From the NCBI GenBank assembly GCA_965204755.1, contig OZ242011.1:1568001-1632000 (forward strand): DNA of 64,000 nucleotides. Reading direction: 5' to 3'. The notes below the pieces were generated by a model, which was not told where the DNA came from, searched no databases, and saw nothing but the letters and a program-made list of their open reading frames with translations. A program made the position numbers and the translations under genes. Below are positions 47,402 through 55,419 of the stretch, piece after piece (position 1 is the stretch's first letter; every line of letters begins with the position of its first letter). This stretch comes from Candidatus Marinacidobacterium sp. GTDB lineage: Bacteria > Acidobacteriota > Vicinamibacteria > Marinacidobacterales > Marinacidobacteraceae.

Positions 47402-47491
47402 GGAGGGGTGCAAGAGCGGCTGAATTGGCCAGCCCGGAAAGCTGGTGTGCCGGCAACGGCACCGTGGGTTCGAATCCCACCCCCTCCGCCA
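47402..47491 (+). tRNA. tRNA-Ser(GGA)
   Basis: Acceptor GGAGGGG/CCCCTCC-G-CCA; anticodon stem CCAGC/GCTGG with loop CCGGAAA; long variable arm; T loop GGTTCGAATCC. Confidence 0.93.
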
Positions 47492-47526
47492 TCCGCGCCG
47501 GCCGCTGAACCGGGGCGCGGTCGGCG

Positions 47527-49755
47527 ATGAGCGTCCCCGGGCTCTTCGGGAAGCCGCTCGAGGAGCCGCCGGAGGCGGCGGAACCGGAGGCGCCGCCGGT
47601 CGAGTCCGCCCCCGCAGCCGGGGTGCCCGTCGAGTCTTCGGTCGAGGCCCCGCCCGGGACGGGAGACGCGAAGGACGCCCCCGGAGCGGAAGGGCATCCG
47701 CCGACGGGCGGCTCGGATTCCCCGGTCGCGGATGCCGCCGACGGGGCCTCGCCGCCCCCGCCCGAACCGGGGCCGCTCGAGCCGGGGCCGGAAGGCGTCG
47801 CGCCCGAAGGCGCCGCGAAGGAGTCCCCGGACGCTCCGCCGCCCGACCCGGCGCCGCCGACGCCCCCCTCGGCGACCGAAGGGGACGGCGGTCCCCCCGT
47901 GGAGGCGCCCGCCCCGGCGGACGGCGAGCCCGGGGCCCCGGAAGCCGCCGCTTCCTCCCCGCCGGTGGAACCCGACGAGGACCCGCCTCCGGCGGACGGC
48001 GAGCCCGGGGCCCCGGAAGCCGCCGCTTCCTCCCCGCCGGTGGAACCCGACGAGGACCCGCCTCCGGCGGACGGCGAGCCCGGGGCCCCGGAAGCCGCCG
48101 CTTCCTCCCCGGGCGAACCCGACGAGGACCCGCCTCCGGCGGCCAGCCCCTCCCCGGCGGCGAGCCCCTCGACGGAGGCCGCCGCCCAGCCGCCCGCCAA
48201 ACCGCCCGCCGACCCACCCGCTCCGCCGCCGCCGCCGCGGGAGGCCCCGGCCTCCGAAGAGACCGCCCGCGCCGGCGAATACGAAGTCCTGGCGCTCCGC
48301 TACCGCCCGCAGACCTTCGCCGACCTGGTGGGACAGGAACCGATCGCCCGGACGCTCCGCAACGCGATCCGCCGCGAACGGATCTCCCACGCCTTCCTCT
48401 TCTCCGGCCAGCGCGGCATCGGCAAGACCACCACCGCCCGGATCCTCGCCAAGGCCCTGAACTGCTCCGCCACCCCCGGCCCGAACCCGGACCCCTGCGG
48501 CGAGTGCCCCTCCTGCCGGGAAGTCGCCGGGGGGTTCTCCCGCGATGTCCCGGAGATCGACGGCGCGAGCAACAACAGCGTCCACAAGGCGCGCGAGATC
48601 ATCGAGGCGGCGCACTACACCCCGGTGCGCGACCGCTTCAAGATCTACCTGGTGGACGAAGTCCACATGCTGAGCATCGAGGCGTTCAACGCCCTCCTGA
48701 AGACCCTGGAGGAGCCGCCGAAGCATGTGAAGTTCATCTTCGCCACCACCGAGATCCACAAGATCCCGGACACCATCCTCTCGCGCTGCCAGGAGTTCGA
48801 GTTCCGGGCGGTGACGCCGCAGCGGGTCGAGGAGCGGCTGCGGTTCATCGTCGAGGAACAGGGGTTTTCGGTGAGCGGCGAGGCGCTGGCGCAGATCGCC
48901 CGGTTCGGCCAGGGCAGCATGAGGGACGCGATCTCGGCGCTCGACCAGGTGCTGGCCGCGGTGGAGGGCGAAGTCACCGCGGCGGAGGTCAGCGAACTCC
49001 TCGGCGTCCCGGACGCCTCCATCTGCCGCCGGGCGGCGGCCGCGATCCTCGACGGCGACCGCCGGGCGGTCTTCGAAGTCGTCGCCGAACTGGTCGCCGG
49101 CGGGCGCGACCTCAAGCACTTCGTGAACCTGTTCATGCACTACCTCCGCGATGTGGTGGTGCGCCGCGCGGCGCCGGACCGCCCGGGTCTCCTCGAGTGG
49201 CCCGACGAGCGGGGGGCGCTCACCGAATTCGCCCGGAAGTTCAGCGAAGAGGACCTGCTGCGCAGCCTCGATGTGCTGACGCGCGCCCAGGACGGGTTGC
49301 GCTGGTCGCCGGAGCCCCGGTTCCACCTGGAGATGGCGCTCCTGAAGTTGGTGGAGATGCCCCGCCTGGCGTCGTTCGAGGCCCTGCTGTCCCGGATCGA
49401 AGGCCCCCCCGGCGGCGCCCCGGCGGCGCCGGCCGCCTCCGCCGCCGGCCCCTCCGGCGAGCGGTCGTCGGAGAGCGCCGGGAACGGGGCGCCGCCCGCC
49501 CCGGTCGAACCGCCGCCCGCTTCCTCGCGGCCCGCGCGGCCCCCCGGCGCGCGCGCCCCGGCGCCGGCCGCGGCGAACGGCCGTCAGCCTCCCGGCCCCG
49601 CCGGCCCCCGGGCGTCCGGGGCCCCGGCCCCCGGGGGCGAGGTCGCCCCGGAGGTCTGGCAGGAGTACCTGGAGACCTTCGGCGGCCAGATCGTCCGCGT
49701 CCGCCCGTTCCCGGAGAACCGGCCCGGCGGCGACGCCTCCCCGACCCCCTCCTGA
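47527..49755 (+). CDS. dnaX: DNA polymerase III subunit gamma/tau with long Pro/Ala/Glu-rich N-terminal extension
   Basis: LALRYRPQTFADLVGQ, SGQRGIGKTT, CGECPSC, DEVHML, TILSRCQ. Confidence 0.93.
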   Translation: MSVPGLFGKPLEEPPEAAEPEAPPVESAPAAGVPVESSVEAPPGTGDAKDAPGAEGHPPTGGSDSPVADAADGASPPPPEPGPLEPGPEGVAPEGAAKESPDAPPPDPAPPTPPSATEGDGGPPVEAPAPADGEPGAPEAAASSPPVEPDEDPPPADGEPGAPEAAASSPPVEPDEDPPPADGEPGAPEAAASSPGEPDEDPPPAASPSPAASPSTEAAAQPPAKPPADPPAPPPPPREAPASEETARAGEYEVLALRYRPQTFADLVGQEPIARTLRNAIRRERISHAFLFSGQRGIGKTTTARILAKALNCSATPGPNPDPCGECPSCREVAGGFSRDVPEIDGASNNSVHKAREIIEAAHYTPVRDRFKIYLVDEVHMLSIEAFNALLKTLEEPPKHVKFIFATTEIHKIPDTILSRCQEFEFRAVTPQRVEERLRFIVEEQGFSVSGEALAQIARFGQGSMRDAISALDQVLAAVEGEVTAAEVSELLGVPDASICRRAAAAILDGDRRAVFEVVAELVAGGRDLKHFVNLFMHYLRDVVVRRAAPDRPGLLEWPDERGALTEFARKFSEEDLLRSLDVLTRAQDGLRWSPEPRFHLEMALLKLVEMPRLASFEALLSRIEGPPGGAPAAPAASAAGPSGERSSESAGNGAPPAPVEPPPASSRPARPPGARAPAPAAANGRQPPGPAGPRASGAPAPGGEVAPEVWQEYLETFGGQIVRVRPFPENRPGGDASPTPS
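47914..48142 (+). repeat. 75-bp tandem repeat x3 within the dnaX extension
   Basis: PADGEPGAPEAAASSPPVEPDEDPP units start at 47914, 47989 and 48064; the third is 3 bp shorter. Confidence 0.92.
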
Positions 49756-49833
49756 CCCCCGCGCCGTGACGCCGCCCCCGGCGCGGCGGCGGCGCCCGGC
49801 CGCCCACCAGCCCCCCGCCGGAGGAATCCGACC

Positions 49834-50157
49834 ATGTTGAATCGAGTCCAGCGAATGGCCAAGCAGGTCAAGGAAGTCCGCCGGATCAAGAAGACCCTGG
49901 AAGCCGTGGTGGTGGAGGGCGAGGCCGGCGGCGGCGCGGTGCGCGTCCGGATGAACGGCGTCCGCCGGGTGGTCTCCGTCGAGATCGCCGAAGAGACGGC
50001 GGCGCGCGGCGACGCGGCGCTCCTCGCCGGTCTGGTGAAGGGCGCGGTGAACGACGCCGGCCGCAACCTCGACCGGGAGTTGTCGCAGCGGATGTCCGAG
50101 ATGGACCTCCCGGCGGACTTCGGCCAGGGAGGCGGAGGGCCCGGGGGCGTCGGATGA
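49834..50157 (+). CDS. ybaB: YbaB/EbfC nucleoid-associated protein
   Basis: VEGEAGGGAVRVRMNG...AVNDA; lies between dnaX and recR. Confidence 0.92.
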   Translation: MLNRVQRMAKQVKEVRRIKKTLEAVVVEGEAGGGAVRVRMNGVRRVVSVEIAEETAARGDAALLAGLVKGAVNDAGRNLDRELSQRMSEMDLPADFGQGGGGPGGVG

Positions 50158-50753
50158 GCAGCCTTCCCGAGCCGCTCCTCCGGCTCATCGGCGCGCTGAA
50201 GCAACTGCCGGGCATCGGCGAGAAGTCCGCGACGCGCATCGCCTTCCACCTCCTCGCGGGGGAGCGGGCCCCCGCGGAGACCCTCGGCGCCGCCATCTCC
50301 TCGCTCCACGAGCAGGTGGGCCGCTGCGGGGAGTGCGGCAACTTCGCCGACGGCCGCTCCTGTCATTTCTGCCGCGACCCGGCCCGCCAGGCGACGGTGC
50401 TCTGCGTGGTGGAAGACCCGGCGGACATCTCCGCGGTGGAGCGGGCCCGGGTCTTCCGCGGCAAATACCATGTGTTGATGGGGGTGTTCTCCCCGGTCAG
50501 CGGGAAGTCGGTGGACGAACGGCGCATCGAGCGCCTGCTCGAGCGCATCCGCGCCGAAGCGGTCGAGGAAGTGGTGATCGCGACCAACCCGAACCACGAC
50601 GGCGAGGCGACCGCCGCCTGGTTGGCCGCGCAGTTGAAGCCGGAGGGGGTCCGGGTCTCCCGCATCGGGATCGGCGTCCCCATGGGCAGCGAACTCGTCC
50701 ACGCGGACGAAACGACCATGGCCGAGGCGCTGACCCACCGAAGCGCCCTGTGA
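50154..50753 (+). CDS. recR: Recombination mediator RecR
   Basis: LPGIGEKSATRIA, CGECGN...CHFC zinc finger, EVVIATNPNHDGEATA. Confidence 0.96.
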   Translation: MSSLPEPLLRLIGALKQLPGIGEKSATRIAFHLLAGERAPAETLGAAISSLHEQVGRCGECGNFADGRSCHFCRDPARQATVLCVVEDPADISAVERARVFRGKYHVLMGVFSPVSGKSVDERRIERLLERIRAEAVEEVVIATNPNHDGEATAAWLAAQLKPEGVRVSRIGIGVPMGSELVHADETTMAEALTHRSAL

Positions 50754-50826
50754 CGGCCCGCGGGAAGAGCGCCCCGCCCGCCGGTTGCTATGCTCTCCCG
50801 CCCTTTTTCGGCGCGTCCGGCCGCGA

Positions 50827-50898
<72 letters not shown>

Positions 50899-50927
50899 CC
50901 GGACGCGCGGCCGCGCGGACCCTTTCC

Positions 50928-51899
50928 ATGAGCGAGTCGGACGGGCGGCGGGCGCTCGCCCGGTTGTTCACGGCCCTGTTGTTCGCGGCGCTCCTCTTCC
51001 CCTCGCCGGCGGCGGCGCAGCCGGCGGAGGACGACGAGGAAACGCCGCCGGTGGACATCCACATCCGGCTCCGCAGCCAGCATGTGGATGAAGTCTCCGA
51101 CCTCGGCGACCCGAAGGCCCGGCGGCTCTCGTTCTGGACGGACACCCGGATCGGCGAGCGCCTCCAGGTCCGCGCCACCTACGACGCCGGCGAAGGCCGC
51201 GTCCACGACCTCTGGGCGCAGTTCGCGGTCGGCGGCGGCCTGGCCGTCCGGGTGGGCCGGAGCGCCCCGCTGTGGCTCGGCGAGTTCACCGACGCCCCGG
51301 TCAGCCTCCAGATGGCGAACGCCGCCGTCGGCGCCGCGCTGACCCCGATCCGCGACGACGGCGTGTTCCTGTTCTGGAACCGCGGCGACCACTTCGCCCG
51401 GTTCCATGTGATCCAGGGGACGGCCTGGGAGCCCGACGACAACGACCGGAACGATGTGCTCGGCAGTTACGGGCGCTTCGTCGGCCCCTGGCGGGTCGAA
51501 GCCGGCCACTACGAAGGCCGGGAGGGCCCCGACCTGTCCCCCCGCCGCCAGACCGGCGTCCACCTCGACGGGACCTTTTCCCGCGGACGCTTCCTGCGGG
51601 GCGCGCTCTACCGCCGGGAGCAGGTCGGGCGGAACCACCTGGGCGGCTTCGCCCGGGTCCGCCGCCGCTCCGAACGCGGTTTCTGGACCGCCGCCGAGTT
51701 CGGCTTCGAGACGAACAACGGCCCGCCGGATGATTCGGGCAGCCAGATGTACGCGATCGTCGGCCTCCGCTACGAACTCCCCTGGACGCTCACCCACCTG
51801 ACCGCCGACTTCCGCCGGCGCTTCGGGGTGGTTACGGACAACGAAGTGATCCTGGTGTTCAGTTGGGTGCTGGACTTCAAGAAGCCGTGGAGGAACTGA
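50928..51899 (+). CDS. Putative outer membrane beta-barrel / porin-like protein
   Basis: Signal peptide; amphipathic strands; VHDLWAQF...VRVGR and RDDGV resemble OprO/P-like porins. Confidence 0.55.
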   Translation: MSESDGRRALARLFTALLFAALLFPSPAAAQPAEDDEETPPVDIHIRLRSQHVDEVSDLGDPKARRLSFWTDTRIGERLQVRATYDAGEGRVHDLWAQFAVGGGLAVRVGRSAPLWLGEFTDAPVSLQMANAAVGAALTPIRDDGVFLFWNRGDHFARFHVIQGTAWEPDDNDRNDVLGSYGRFVGPWRVEAGHYEGREGPDLSPRRQTGVHLDGTFSRGRFLRGALYRREQVGRNHLGGFARVRRRSERGFWTAAEFGFETNNGPPDDSGSQMYAIVGLRYELPWTLTHLTADFRRRFGVVTDNEVILVFSWVLDFKKPWRN

Positions 51900-51928
51900 C
51901 CGCCCTCCCGCCAGAAAGGAACGAAACC

Positions 51929-52459
51929 ATGGCCAAGGCCCGCCACTACATCCCCGACCGCGCCCGGGCGGTTACGCCCTACCTCGTCGTCCACGACGGA
52001 CGCGCCGCCCTCGCCTGGTACGAGAAGGTGCTCGGCGCCCGGATCGAGTCCGTCATGGACGGCCCGAACGACGCGGTGATGCATGCCGAACTCCGCGTCG
52101 CCGAAGAAGAGGGCGGGGACTTCGGGTCGCAGATCTACCTCGCCCAGGAGTTCCCCGGGATGCCGGGCGCGGAGAGTTTCGTCTCGCCGAAGACCCTCGG
52201 CGGCGCCAGCGCCACCATCCACCTCTATGTGACCGATGTGGACGCGGTGCACCGGCGGGCGCTCGCCGAAGGCGCGACCGAAATCCAGGCCCCGACCGAC
52301 CAGTTCTGGGGCGACCGCCACTCCAGCATCGTCGATCCGTTCGGACACCGCTGGGGCCTCGCCACCCACATCGAGGACCTCACCCCGGAGGAACTCGAGC
52401 AGCGCGCCCGGGACGCCGCCGCGCAGTTCGCCGAAGGCGCCGGCCCCGCCGAGGGCTGA
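51929..52459 (+). CDS. VOC/PhnB-family (glyoxalase-like) protein
   Basis: VTPYLVV, VMHAELR, DQFWGDR, DPFGHRW; SD aaagga. Confidence 0.92.
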   Translation: MAKARHYIPDRARAVTPYLVVHDGRAALAWYEKVLGARIESVMDGPNDAVMHAELRVAEEEGGDFGSQIYLAQEFPGMPGAESFVSPKTLGGASATIHLYVTDVDAVHRRALAEGATEIQAPTDQFWGDRHSSIVDPFGHRWGLATHIEDLTPEELEQRARDAAAQFAEGAGPAEG

Positions 52460-52515
52460 CCCCGCCGCCGAGGGCTGACCCCCCGCCGAGGGCTGAGCCG
52501 GGGGCTGACCCCCCG
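52444..52515 (+). repeat. Short imperfect tandem repeat of the VOC stop-codon region (gccgagggctga x4)
   Basis: Units at 52448, 52467, 52485 and 52497. Confidence 0.75.
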
Positions 52516-52520
52516 GCGCC

Positions 52521-54338
52521 TCAGAGCGTCTTCAGGAACGCGACCAGCGCCGGGAGGTCCTCGCCGGAGACCTCGACGCCGCCTCCGGGGTGCCGCGCCA
52601 GCACCTCCCGGAGCGACCGGGCGGAGCCGTCGTGGAAGAACCGCCGCCCGAAGCGCAGGCCGCGCAGCGACGGCGGGTTGAACCGGGTCGTCCCGAGTTC
52701 GTCGGCGAGCCCCACATCGTGGACGCCGGGCGAGGTGTAGGTCGGCTCGCGGTGGCAGCGGTTGCAGGCGTAGCGGTCGAACGCCGCGCGGCCGGCGGCC
52801 ACGAACCGCGGCGCCGGCGGCGCCCCGTCGCCGTCGCGGAGGGCCGGGACTTCCAGGGTCCGCAGGTAGGCGGCCAAGTCGGCGACTTCCCCTTCGGTCA
52901 GCGCCCGTCCGCGCAGCGTGGTCTTCACCGACTTGACGATCTGGTCTTCGAGCCGCCGCATCCCGCCGTCCCAGGCGTAGGGGCGGGTGTCCGCCACCCC
53001 GAGCAGCGACAGGACGCGCTTCGGAGCGCCGTAGTTCCCGTCGCCGAGGGTGTCCGAGAGGCCATGGTTCGTGTGGCCGTCGGTGTGGCAACTGGCGCAA
53101 CTCATCCAGCCGCGCAGCGAGAGGGTGGCGTCGTGGAACAGCGCCTCGCCGCGCTCCTCCGCGCTCGGCTCGACCGCCGGGCCGAGCGCGACGCGCGCGA
53201 CCTCCCGGCGCCGGCCGGCCGAGATCACCGAGAGCGAGTCCGACCGGGTGTTCGCCACATAGACCCGCCCGTCCGCCCCGAGGGCGACCGCCGAGGGGCC
53301 CTCCCCGACCGGCAGGTGGCTCGTCCGGCGGGCGTCCGCGGCGCCGAAGGCCACCCGGGAGACGCCGCCGAGGGCGACCACCAATTCCCCGTCGGGGGTG
53401 GCGCGGAGAGCGGCCGGGTCGCCGGAGGGCGTCGACACGCTGCCGAGGTCGAGCACCCGGGAGCGCCGCTCCAGCCGGGGATTCCCCGTGAGCAGGTCCG
53501 CGACCGGGAGGGTGGTGACGCTGTTGGTGATGAAGACCCCCCACCGGATGTCGTCGGTGGTGGTGTGCATCCCGGAGTGGAGTTGCTGGTGGGCGACCGC
53601 GACGCGCTCGCCGCCGGGGAGGAGCGCCAGGCCCCGCAGGTTGTGCGCGGCGAGTTCGCGCGTCCGCAGGACGGCGCCGTCTTCCGCGGAGACGAGCGCC
53701 AGCCCGCCGCCGAACGCGTCCGCGGCGAGCAGCGTCCGCCCGTCGAGGAACACGAGTTCCCGCGGCTCGAAGGGGAGTCGCGCCGAGGCGCGGGGCCTTT
53801 CGAGGCCGTCGTCGGACTCGAGGTCGTAGAGGGCCACGGTTCGGGCCCAGAGACACGAGACCCCGAGCGTCCGCCCGCTCGCCGCCGCCCGGGTCGGACT
53901 CCGGCAGGTCGGATAGGCCGCCGCGACGGCGACCGCCCCTTCGTCGTCCGGGACGAGCCGCAGCAGGACCAGCCGGTCTCCCGCCCGGTCCACCGCGACG
54001 ATCCGTCCGTCCGGCAGGGGCGTCAGCCCGGTGATGTTCCCGCCGACCGGGACTTCGGCCAGGACTCCCGGGCGCTCGGCGGAGAGCGCCTGCAGCGTGC
54101 CGTCGCGGTTGCCGACGAGCACCCGCTCCCCGTCTGGCCCGAGGACCGCCGCGACCGCCTGCGGCCGCTTGGGCGACGGGCGGTCGGGCGCCGGGGTCGG
54201 CGCGGCGAACGCCGAACCGGCGGCCGCCGCGAGAACGAGTCCGGCGGCCGCCCCGACCCGCGCCGGAGCGGGCGGCGCGGCGGAGCGGGCGGCGCGGGCG
54301 GAGCGCCCTCCCGGGAACGAACGGAGCACGGTTCGCAT
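52521..54338 (-). CDS. YVTN-like beta-propeller + diheme cytochrome c (CCP/MauG-like) protein
   Basis: PVGEGPSAVAL...VYVANTRSDSLSVI; heme motifs SCASCH and ACNRCH; FNPPSLRGL...FFHDGSA; start uncertain. Confidence 0.82.
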   Translation of the reverse strand: MRTVLRSFPGGRSARAARSAAPPAPARVGAAAGLVLAAAAGSAFAAPTPAPDRPSPKRPQAVAAVLGPDGERVLVGNRDGTLQALSAERPGVLAEVPVGGNITGLTPLPDGRIVAVDRAGDRLVLLRLVPDDEGAVAVAAAYPTCRSPTRAAASGRTLGVSCLWARTVALYDLESDDGLERPRASARLPFEPRELVFLDGRTLLAADAFGGGLALVSAEDGAVLRTRELAAHNLRGLALLPGGERVAVAHQQLHSGMHTTTDDIRWGVFITNSVTTLPVADLLTGNPRLERRSRVLDLGSVSTPSGDPAALRATPDGELVVALGGVSRVAFGAADARRTSHLPVGEGPSAVALGADGRVYVANTRSDSLSVISAGRRREVARVALGPAVEPSAEERGEALFHDATLSLRGWMSCASCHTDGHTNHGLSDTLGDGNYGAPKRVLSLLGVADTRPYAWDGGMRRLEDQIVKSVKTTLRGRALTEGEVADLAAYLRTLEVPALRDGDGAPPAPRFVAAGRAAFDRYACNRCHREPTYTSPGVHDVGLADELGTTRFNPPSLRGLRFGRRFFHDGSARSLREVLARHPGGGVEVSGEDLPALVAFLKTL

Positions 54339-54612
54339 TCTACGAAACCGGGCGGAACCCGGTGTTCTGTCTAGAATTCCAGTCCCCGGCTCGGCGGACG
54401 GAGGAACCCTTCCCGCCCCGGAGCGGCTTCGCGCCGGGCGGCCCCGCCCGACCGGCCCAAGCCCGGCGGATCCCCCGGTGTATCTCCCGGTCCGCTTCGG
54501 GGACTTCTTCCGGGGCGCCGTCCGGCCCGCCGGAACGGGAGAGCGGCGCCGCCCGGTTCGCCGCCCCATATTCAACCCGAGGAGCCGTCCGGCTCCTCCC
54601 GAGGTACCTCGA

Positions 54613-55419
54613 ATGAATGACCGCATCATGATCGAGGCGCGCGGCCTCAGCAAGTTCTACGGCCCCTTCGTGGCGGTCGAGGCGATGCGCTTCGCGATTC
54701 CCCGCGGGCAGATCGTGGCCTTTCTCGGCCCGAACGGCGCGGGAAAGACCACGACCATGAAGATGCTCACCGGCTTTCTCGCGCCGAGCGCCGGCTCCGC
54801 GGAGATCGCCGGGCTGGATGTGCGCGAACACCGTCTCGAAGCGGTGCGGCGGCTGGGGTACCTGCCGGAGAACGGCCCCCTCTACCCGGACATGACCCCG
54901 GCCGACCTCCTCCGGTTCTTCGGGGAAGCCCGCGAGATCCCCGAAGCGCGGCTGCCGGGCCGGATCGCCGAAGTCGCCGCGCTCTGCGCCCTGGAGCAGG
55001 TGCTGGAGAAACCCATCGGCAAACTCTCCCGCGGGCTCCGGCAGCGGGTGGGGCTCGCGCAGGCGCTCCTCCACGATCCGGAAGTGCTGGTCATGGACGA
55101 GCCCACCGCCGGGCTCGACCCCAACCAGATCCGGGAGTTCCGGCGGAACATCCGCCGGCTGGGGGCGGAGAAGACCGTCCTGATCTCCACCCACATCCTC
55201 CGGGAGGCGGAGGCGGTAGCCGACCGGGTGCTGCTGGTGAACGGCGGCCGGCTGGTGTTCGACGGCGTTCCGGCGGACCTGGAGCGCGACGGCTCGATGG
55301 AGGAGACCTTCTACCGGCTCACCGGCGGCGGCGATGACGGGGCCGCCTCGAACGCGTCCGGCTCGAACGGCAACCCGCCGCCCGCGACCCCGGCGCCCGC
55401 CGCCGAGGAGACCGCCTGA
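54613..55419 (+). CDS. ABC transporter ATP-binding protein (GldA-like)
   Basis: GPNGAGKTT, LSRGLRQR, VMDEPTAGLDP, STH. Confidence 0.93.
   Translation: MNDRIMIEARGLSKFYGPFVAVEAMRFAIPRGQIVAFLGPNGAGKTTTMKMLTGFLAPSAGSAEIAGLDVREHRLEAVRRLGYLPENGPLYPDMTPADLLRFFGEAREIPEARLPGRIAEVAALCALEQVLEKPIGKLSRGLRQRVGLAQALLHDPEVLVMDEPTAGLDPNQIREFRRNIRRLGAEKTVLISTHILREAEAVADRVLLVNGGRLVFDGVPADLERDGSMEETFYRLTGGGDDGAASNASGSNGNPPPATPAPAAEETA

Noticed and set aside
47492-47526. SRP RNA (ffs), often found between tRNA-Ser and dnaX
   Set aside because: Only 35 nt are available and no SRP motif is visible.
47914-48142. Repeats as a CRISPR array
   Set aside because: Contiguous in-frame units without unique spacers; no cas genes.
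52444-52515. Short repeats as a mini-CRISPR or regulatory array
   Set aside because: 12-bp units with 0-7 nt gaps; best explained as slippage duplication of the stop-codon region.
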